Sequence record: KT919973.1
DNA: 64,000 bases
Strand: one strand, 5' to 3'
Positions 57,694 to 64,000 of this stretch are shown piece after piece. Below the pieces are notes generated by a model, which was given only the letters and a program-made list of their open reading frames with translations, ran no database searches and was not told the origin of the DNA. A program made the translations under genes and the position numbers. Position 1 is the stretch's first letter, and each line of letters begins with the position of its first letter.

Positions 57694-58193
57694 CATACAG
57701 CGATACGAATCGTTATTCAGATGATGTTAGCTTAGAGCGTCGAAAGAAGACAGGTGAAGTATTCACCCCTCTGAATTTCGTTGATTTCATGATCGATCAA
57801 AAAAAGCATTTACTGGAAGCTGGTAAGACATGGTTCGAGCCAAGCTTTGGTGACGGTAATATAGTTTGTCGTATAATCGAACGCAAAATTGATATCGGCG
57901 TCGAACCATTACAAGCAGTTCGAGATGTATACGGTTGTGAATATATGAAAGACAATTATGAGTGTACTCTTCAGAGAATACGTGATATAGTAGGCGAGTC
58001 CGATGAACTCGAAGAGATAATGTCTAATAATCTAGCATTTTGCAACACGTTAGACAAAAACGACCGAAGCGAAGGTCGTGAATGGCCTTCTTGGTTGTTG
58101 CAGCTAGACAGAAAATGTCTAAGAGAATCAGGCGGGCTTGCGAGTTTTTTCGATTCAAATAATGAAGGTAAAATTAATGACATCAAATTATGA
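57690..58193 (+). CDS. N-terminal (SAM-binding) half of an amino-methyltransferase
   Basis: RRKKTGEVFTP motif X, FEPSFGDGN motif I, VYGCE; no NPPY. Confidence 0.7.
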   Translation: MTYSDTNRYSDDVSLERRKKTGEVFTPLNFVDFMIDQKKHLLEAGKTWFEPSFGDGNIVCRIIERKIDIGVEPLQAVRDVYGCEYMKDNYECTLQRIRDIVGESDELEEIMSNNLAFCNTLDKNDRSEGREWPSWLLQLDRKCLRESGGLASFFDSNNEGKINDIKL

Positions 58194-59088
58194 TGAAGTA
58201 TCAGCTATTGCGGCTGAGCATTTAGGTAAAAAAGCTGGCGATTACAGCGATTTCGTTAATATCGTAGACGTTCGACCAGATTTACTTGTACCCATCCCGC
58301 GTGAGCTAAATCGAACTGATTATGGTATCACAAACGAAGATTTTGCAGGTTTTGATACATGGCATGGCTTCGAAGTATCGGCACTGACTGAACAAGGTCT
58401 GCCTGTATCTGGTATGGCGAAAGTCGTGTACCCGAGCGATTCACCGAATATCGTTGAAAGTAAATCAATGAAACTGTATTGGAACAGCTTCAACATGGCT
58501 AAAGTCGCTGCGACTCGTGCTGAAGTACAAGGTGCAATTGAAGCTATCGCGTCGCGTGATCTATCTGAAGTCATCGGTGCTGAAGTACAAGTGAGCTTCT
58601 TCACAGTCAGATCAACACAACCGCACGGTATGACAGGGTATGCAGAACTCGACAAATACGTATCTGAAGACACTGTATTCGACTCAGAAAGCGGTGCAGA
58701 TGCTGATTTACTGCAAGAATCTCACGTGAAGCGCATGAAAGTGTTCACGCCGAATCTACGTTCTAACTGTCGCGTGACGCATCAACCAGATTTCGGTGAT
58801 CTGTATGTATACATGAAAGGTGAAAAAACACCAACTATTGACAGTCTCATGCAATACATCGTGTCATTCCGTAAAGAGAATCATTTCCATGAAGAATGTG
58901 TTGAAATGATTTACAAAGCGTTACTTGATAAGTTCGACCCACAAGAGCTTATGGTAACAGCGTTATACACACGTCGCGGTGGTTGGAATATCTGCCCAGC
59001 ACGTGCAACGCATGAAGAACTACTACCAGAAGCACTTGGTAGTGAAGTTGTCTCGCACACTAACGGAAGTTGTTTATTCCGTCAGTAA
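58177..59088 (+). CDS. queF: preQ0 reductase, bimodular QueF
   Basis: IVESKSMKLYWNSF, SNCRVTHQPD, FHEECVE, YTRRGG. Confidence 0.93.
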   Translation: MTSNYDEVSAIAAEHLGKKAGDYSDFVNIVDVRPDLLVPIPRELNRTDYGITNEDFAGFDTWHGFEVSALTEQGLPVSGMAKVVYPSDSPNIVESKSMKLYWNSFNMAKVAATRAEVQGAIEAIASRDLSEVIGAEVQVSFFTVRSTQPHGMTGYAELDKYVSEDTVFDSESGADADLLQESHVKRMKVFTPNLRSNCRVTHQPDFGDLYVYMKGEKTPTIDSLMQYIVSFRKENHFHEECVEMIYKALLDKFDPQELMVTALYTRRGGWNICPARATHEELLPEALGSEVVSHTNGSCLFRQ

Positions 59089-59143
59089 TAAGAGCTATGA
59101 TGAGTGTTCAATTGTGAGCACTCATATACTTGAGAGGTTAAAA

Positions 59144-59860
59144 ATGAAAGTAGTATCTGTTCTAAGCGGTGGCTTGGACTCAACAATCCTTACGTACAAA
59201 CTAGTAGATGAATACGGCAAAGACAATGTGTTTGCATTATCGTTCTACTACGGTCAAAAACAGTCAATTGAGCTAGAAAAAGCTAAATTGACTTGTCAAA
59301 AGCTCGGTATCGAGCATCGTCTAATCGACATCTCATTCTTAGGTGAAGTGGTAGCACCTGTATGTGCAAATATCGCTGGTTCAGATGTTGCTATGCCAAC
59401 TATTCAAGACGTTCTAGGCGACCCTCAACCGCCAACTGAAGTTCCATATCGTAATATGCTATTGAACACTATCGCGTTCTCATTCGCGCAAGCAAATGGC
59501 TGTGCAGCGGTGTTTACTGGCATTCAAGTGCATGACGCATACGGTTACTGGGACTGCACACAAGACTTTCTTGACGGCATGAACAATCTATCTGCACTGA
59601 ATCGTCAACACGAGATTGCATTACTTGCTCCGTTCGCTCGTATGTCAAAGGCAGATGAAATCGCTATTGGTGTTAAGCTCGGTGTACCGTTTGAAGATAG
59701 TCTAACGTGTTACGACCCTAACGAAGCAGGTGAAAGCTGTGGTAAATGTCCGTCATGTGCTGAACGCATCATGAACTTCGGTAAAGCGGGTATTAAAGAC
59801 CCAGCACCTTACTCAATTGACATCCCATGGGAACAAGTATTTGCTAAGGCAGGTCATTAA
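59144..59860 (+). CDS. queC: preQ0 synthase
   Basis: LSGGLDST, YGQKQ..E, VPYRN, YWDC, TCY..CGKCPSC. Confidence 0.95.
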   Translation: MKVVSVLSGGLDSTILTYKLVDEYGKDNVFALSFYYGQKQSIELEKAKLTCQKLGIEHRLIDISFLGEVVAPVCANIAGSDVAMPTIQDVLGDPQPPTEVPYRNMLLNTIAFSFAQANGCAAVFTGIQVHDAYGYWDCTQDFLDGMNNLSALNRQHEIALLAPFARMSKADEIAIGVKLGVPFEDSLTCYDPNEAGESCGKCPSCAERIMNFGKAGIKDPAPYSIDIPWEQVFAKAGH

Positions 59861-60468
59861 TGTGTGGATTATTTGCTGCTAGAAGCAAGCAAGAGCTTAT
59901 TGAATTATCAAAAAGCAATATTCATCGTGGTTCGCGTACTCACTCTGTGAGTACGTTTAAGAACGGTCATGTGACGGTTCACAAGTTTACAGGGGCGTTC
60001 AATACAACTAATGTGCCTGATAGTGCAGATTTTTATATCTGTCATGTACAAGCACCAACGGGAACAAGTGCTCAAGCACATCCCGCTATTGTAACAATTG
60101 AAGAGAACGGTCAGTTGCATGATTCACACGTGTGGCATAATGGCATTCTTAAAGATCATTACATGAAAAAACAGACTCAAGAATGGGATACTGCACACAT
60201 CGCTGAAGCGATTTGCTACGGCAAATTAAACGAACTTGACGGTACGTTTGCTTGTTTTCACTTCATTAACGGCAATTTGCGTGTATTTCGTAATGAAATT
60301 AGCCCGTTGTTCATGAGCGAAGACGGTACATCGTTTAGCAGCACGCGAACGATTTTAACTCCAGAGCATGTTGAGCCAAATAAAGTGTTTAACATCGACT
60401 TGAAGACGTTTAAGATGACAGTCGTAAACGAGTTCAAGACTCTTGAAAATCCCTATTTCTTTATGTGA
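59860..60468 (+). CDS. Ntn-type glutamine amidotransferase (stand-alone Gat)
   Basis: N-terminal MCGLF, RG, H..APT, HP, HNG, DT, RN..SPL; coupled to the queC stop. Confidence 0.85.
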   Translation: MCGLFAARSKQELIELSKSNIHRGSRTHSVSTFKNGHVTVHKFTGAFNTTNVPDSADFYICHVQAPTGTSAQAHPAIVTIEENGQLHDSHVWHNGILKDHYMKKQTQEWDTAHIAEAICYGKLNELDGTFACFHFINGNLRVFRNEISPLFMSEDGTSFSSTRTILTPEHVEPNKVFNIDLKTFKMTVVNEFKTLENPYFFM

Positions 60469-60478
60469 GGTTAAAAAC

Positions 60479-60754
60479 ATGATTGAAGTGAATATCGACG
60501 ACTTGCTGAAAAATGGTAAAGTCACATTTGAATTTGAGAAAGCAGATGGTTCTATTAAGACTGTAACTGGTACGCGCAATCTCGATTTCATCCCTGCTGA
60601 GTTTCACCCGAAAGAAAAGCCTTTAGCTGAAGGTGAGACAAAGCCAGAGAAAACAGAAAAGCAAAAAGCGACATGCGGTTACTTCGATCTCGAAGCTAAC
60701 GGCTGGCGTTCGTTCAAACGAGCTAATTTACGCGAAGTGAAATCGTTTGACTAA
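60479..60754 (+). CDS. SH3/WYL-like conserved phage protein
   Basis: VTFEFEKADGSIKTVTGT..YFDLE..WRSF. Confidence 0.7.
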   Translation: MIEVNIDDLLKNGKVTFEFEKADGSIKTVTGTRNLDFIPAEFHPKEKPLAEGETKPEKTEKQKATCGYFDLEANGWRSFKRANLREVKSFD

Positions 60755-60956
60755 TGACCCGTTTGCTGAACACTTGCGCGTCGGACAGTGGATTATTCAC
60801 AAGAAGACGGGCAATGTGTATACAGTAACGAGTAAAGGCAAACTCAAGTTCGACGGTAAGTGGTACAATGCTATCACTTACACGAGCGAACTAGGCGACG
60901 TATACACAAGAACATACGACGACTTCCGCGGGTTTGAACTAAATAGTCCGCACTGA
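60747..60956 (+). CDS. DUF1653-like small protein
   Basis: HKKTGNVYTV..Y..VYTRTYDDF. Confidence 0.55.
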   Translation: MTNDPFAEHLRVGQWIIHKKTGNVYTVTSKGKLKFDGKWYNAITYTSELGDVYTRTYDDFRGFELNSPH

Positions 60957-61050
60957 GAGACGGTCGCAGTGCGCTGATAAAACAGCGATCAACAAATAGG
61001 AGTGATGGGCCCTAACTCATCAAATCATCAACTTTCGTGAGAACTATATA

Positions 61051-61257
61051 ATGGCTACAGAAAAAGAATTACTCGATGACGTGAATAACTTCTGGATTGG
61101 TTGGGACCAACGTGGTCCTGAGAGTCGAGATTATGACATCGAAGATGGTAATATGCGCAAGAAATGTCGTGAGTTTGAAGAGCGAAAGAAAGCTACAGAC
61201 GAACGCATTGCAGCATTTGAAGCAACACGAAACAAATACAAAAGACGAGAGAAATAA
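61051..61257 (+). CDS. hypothetical protein
   Basis: 68 aa, coupled to gene 31. Confidence 0.6.
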   Translation: MATEKELLDDVNNFWIGWDQRGPESRDYDIEDGNMRKKCREFEERKKATDERIAAFEATRNKYKRREK

Positions 61258-61595
61258 TGACACTTAAAGCACACGCAATGGGCGAACAAATCATCATCGA
61301 CACTAAAGCAGTTAAAGAAGGTGAAGAAATCAAATCTGAAGGTGGTATCGTTCTCGGGCGTGCTACTCAACCCGAAGTTCCGCTTCACGGTATTGTGATT
61401 TCTGTCGGCGAAGACGTAGACCAAAACGTCATCAAAGTAGGTGACAAAGTTTTATTACCACTAGGTAATATCAAAAACGTACCTGACCCACGCATTATCG
61501 AAGGTATCATGAAGCAAGACGACCAAGATCGTGCGCTATGGGTACATACGCATTACAAAAACATCGCGGCTGTATATCGCGACGACGAGGCATAA
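61257..61595 (+). CDS. 31: GroES-like co-chaperonin for capsid assembly
   Basis: GEQII..EIKSEGGIVLG..G.VISVG..KVGD.V. Confidence 0.92.
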   Translation: MTLKAHAMGEQIIIDTKAVKEGEEIKSEGGIVLGRATQPEVPLHGIVISVGEDVDQNVIKVGDKVLLPLGNIKNVPDPRIIEGIMKQDDQDRALWVHTHYKNIAAVYRDDEA

Positions 61596-61597
61596 CA

Positions 61598-61987
61598 ATG
61601 AACGACAATCTTAGACTAATTGAAGTATCAGCAACTGGCTACTACAGCAACGCGACCGCAGCACACACGTGCTGGGTTACGGCTGAGTTTGTTGAGAAAT
61701 ATGAAGATGCGATTTGCGCATTTAGCTTTTATTTCAGTGACCTAGACGGTAAACATTCTGAAACAGAAGCTGAAGTTTGCATTCATGAAGAACAGCGCGA
61801 TATGGCACTGGCTTGGAGTGAGTCTCAAGGCGAAGATTGGTCAATTACTGAAATCATGTTCGATCATGAAGCATTCGAGAGCGATGACATTGAAGAAATG
61901 ATCAGCTTGAACGAAGACATGAACAACACGATTGAAGTCAAGACACAAACAGTCATTACAATCGGTACTGAAACTATCATTGTATAA
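61598..61987 (+). CDS. hypothetical acidic protein
   Basis: GAGG RBS. Confidence 0.65.
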   Translation: MNDNLRLIEVSATGYYSNATAAHTCWVTAEFVEKYEDAICAFSFYFSDLDGKHSETEAEVCIHEEQRDMALAWSESQGEDWSITEIMFDHEAFESDDIEEMISLNEDMNNTIEVKTQTVITIGTETIIV

Positions 61988-62016
61988 AAAAAAGGGAGCA
62001 ATTAGCTCCCTTTTTG
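61985..62016. terminator. bidirectional terminator
   Basis: AAAAAGGGAGC-AATTA-GCTCCCTTTTT between convergent genes. Confidence 0.8.
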
Positions 62017-62523
62017 CTATTCGTCATCTCCATAACCATACTTGTTGTTGTCAAAGTCACAACGCGGGTTATTCAAGAAACTCTTTCTGTAAATCTTTTC
62101 CAATTCGCTTTTCTTCGCACCATCTGGGTACTTAATACCTAGACTGTCTAAATGTTCTTTTTGTTCTTGCAGTTTTAATCGACTGAAGATCTTAGTTTGG
62201 TCTTTTGGGTGCTGAGGGTGATAATCATTATCTGAGTAATCAGCTTCTAGGTATTCTACTAGATTTTTAAGCCACTGAATGTAATCAATTCCACGACCTT
62301 TCAAACCACTTCTTGTAAACTTATGAATCACAACGCCTTCGTAAGTATTGCACGCTCGACACAGAACGCCTCGAATATGCCCCGTGTTGTGGTCGTGGTC
62401 AGTATGTGGCGTGCTTTTCTCTTCACTCAATTTAGTACCGCACAACACACATCTGTCCAATTGATCCATGATTAGTTCATTACGGCATTCTGTCAGTTCT
62501 GATTGTTTAAGTTGTTTGCTCAT
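62017..62523 (-). CDS. 49: endonuclease VII Holliday junction resolvase
   Basis: CVLC..DHDH..GHIRGVLCRACN.YEG..HKFTRSGLKGRGIDYIQWL. Confidence 0.93.
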   Translation of the reverse strand: MSKQLKQSELTECRNELIMDQLDRCVLCGTKLSEEKSTPHTDHDHNTGHIRGVLCRACNTYEGVVIHKFTRSGLKGRGIDYIQWLKNLVEYLEADYSDNDYHPQHPKDQTKIFSRLKLQEQKEHLDSLGIKYPDGAKKSELEKIYRKSFLNNPRCDFDNNKYGYGDDE

Positions 62524-62596
62524 GTTTTTCTCAAAAAAGTTATTGACTATGCTATTGTTTATATGTACAATGAGAAGGCAAATTCATATAAGGAAT

Positions 62597-62857
62597 ATGA
62601 CAATGACATTGAGACATTTAAGACAACGACTCGAAACTCTTGCGATATGTGAATTCAGCGTCGTCGAAGTTCGATACTTTGAAGATGGTCGAGAGCGTTA
62701 TATCACGCCAGAGTTCGAAATCGAATTCAACCCAGAAGTGACAATCATCATGTTGTCAGATTCAAAAGGTCGAATCTCTTACAATGAGATCGAAATAGAA
62801 AAAGAAATCGCAAGTCATGAAGAGCTTGCACATCGTGAACGTTTTTTAGGAATTTAA
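62597..62857 (+). CDS. hypothetical protein
   Basis: AAGGA RBS after TTGACT..TACAAT promoter. Confidence 0.65.
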   Translation: MTMTLRHLRQRLETLAICEFSVVEVRYFEDGRERYITPEFEIEFNPEVTIIMLSDSKGRISYNEIEIEKEIASHEELAHRERFLGI

Positions 62858-62866
62858 GGTAAAATT

Positions 62867-63874
62867 ATGAGCTTTGTGAAATACACATCATTAGAAAACA
62901 GCTACCGTCAAGCATTCGTAGACAAATGTGACATGCTTGGCGTCAAAGAATGGGTAGCTCTTGAGAAGATCCACGGTGCCAACTTCAGTTTTATCGTCGA
63001 ATTCAAACCAAGCACTGAGGAAGTACCTGGAGAGATGTCTGTAACGCCCGCTAAACGCACTTCTACTATTGGCGCTAATGCTATGGGTGATTACGACTTC
63101 TACGGTTGTACGAGCGTTGTAGAAGCTCACATCGAAAAAATGCAAGATATCTCAAATTGGCTATTTGCCAATGATTTTATCAAAAACGATGAAACGATCA
63201 TCGTCTATGGTGAACTTGCAGGTAAAGGCATTCAAAAAGAAGTCAACTACGGTGATAAAGATTTCTGGGCTTACGATATCTTATGCCCAGAAACCGGTGA
63301 GTTTCTAGATTGGGATGTTGTGCTCAAAGCATGTAAGTTTGCTGGAGTCAAGACGACTCACGAAATCGCACGCGGTACACTTGATGAACTACTTAAAATC
63401 GATCCCCTCTTCAGAAGCTTTCACACGCCCGCTGACGTTGATAGTGAAAACGTAGCAGAAGGGTTCGTAGTTAAGCAATTGAAAGCGGAGAAACGCTTAC
63501 ACAACGGTTCTCGTGCAATCTTGAAGGTTAAGAATGAGAAATTCAAAGAGAAAAAGAATAAGCAGGGAAAAACGCCGCGAGCTAAAGTTGTTCTTACAGA
63601 AGAACAAGAAAAACTGCACGCTGCATTTAGTTGTTATCTAACTGAAAACCGCTTGCGCAATGTACTGAGTAAGATCGGCAAAGTTGAAGCGAAGCAGTTC
63701 GGTATGGTAAGTGGTTTGTTTGTCAAAGACGCGAAAGATGAGTTTGAACGTGACGAACGAGACGAAGTAGCAATCCCTCGTGATGATTGGGATGTTATCA
63801 AGCGTTCTCTAGTCAATGTAGCCAACGAGATCTTGCGTAAGAACTGGTTGAATATCGTTGATGGTACTTTTTAA
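62867..63874 (+). CDS. rnl2: RNA ligase 2
   Basis: KYTSLEN, EKIHGANFS, YGEL.G..IQK, EGFVVK, KVKNEKFKE. Confidence 0.96.
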   Translation: MSFVKYTSLENSYRQAFVDKCDMLGVKEWVALEKIHGANFSFIVEFKPSTEEVPGEMSVTPAKRTSTIGANAMGDYDFYGCTSVVEAHIEKMQDISNWLFANDFIKNDETIIVYGELAGKGIQKEVNYGDKDFWAYDILCPETGEFLDWDVVLKACKFAGVKTTHEIARGTLDELLKIDPLFRSFHTPADVDSENVAEGFVVKQLKAEKRLHNGSRAILKVKNEKFKEKKNKQGKTPRAKVVLTEEQEKLHAAFSCYLTENRLRNVLSKIGKVEAKQFGMVSGLFVKDAKDEFERDERDEVAIPRDDWDVIKRSLVNVANEILRKNWLNIVDGTF

Positions 63875-64000
63875 ACACTTTCGTAAACTATACTGCAAGC
63901 ACACGAACAGGAATGAAACAAGTGTATGTGGCATTATATTCTGGTCGTGTCCTGACTGCGGCGATGATAATTATCGCGATAGATAAAGCTCCTTCGGGAG

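Noticed and set aside
52124-59143. preQ1 riboswitch upstream of the que genes
   Set aside because: Hairpins at about 52131, 53127 and 59101 lack the preQ1-I stem, loop and A-rich tail pattern, and are better explained as promoter or terminator elements.
60949-61000. Hammerhead ribozyme (CTGAGAG / CTGATAA)
   Set aside because: The required CUGANGA and GAAA core elements are not present in the right arrangement.
1-64000. CRISPR array, tRNA or rRNA genes
   Set aside because: No regularly spaced repeat-spacer units and no cloverleaf with T-loop and anticodon arm seen by eye; tRNAscan-SE would be needed to exclude tRNAs fully.
63913-64000. ORF starting MKQVYVALY at the window end
   Set aside because: Truncated by the window edge, too short to assess.

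Overview
A 64 kb segment of a large lytic T4-like myovirus (Straboviridae; gene content and protein sizes resemble the KVP40/nt-1 group of Vibrio phages). It is densely coding and mostly on the + strand. Core genes: topoisomerase 39+60, ligase 30, capsid vertex 24, late sigma 55, 47/46, 45/44/62, regA, polymerase 43, RNA ligases 1 and 2, pseT, spanins, dCMP deaminase, co-chaperonin 31 and endonuclease VII 49. A 7-deazaguanine DNA-modification cluster (queD-like, folE, dpdA/tgt-like, queF, queC, amidotransferase) is interrupted by an HNH homing endonuclease and by a GIY-YIG nuclease/methyltransferase two-gene module. The main hidden pattern is about ten scattered genes whose products begin with a T4-type capsid-targeting-like peptide (e.g. 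MKTYTEFLSE, MKQFGEFLTE, MKFSEYQNELTE), most of them behind late promoters. They include Alt, a second ART-like protein, a SAM methyltransferase, a zincin protease, a HEAT-repeat protein and a four-member paralog family, which suggests a packaged and injected effector arsenal. All functional calls come from motif recognition by eye; no database searches were run.
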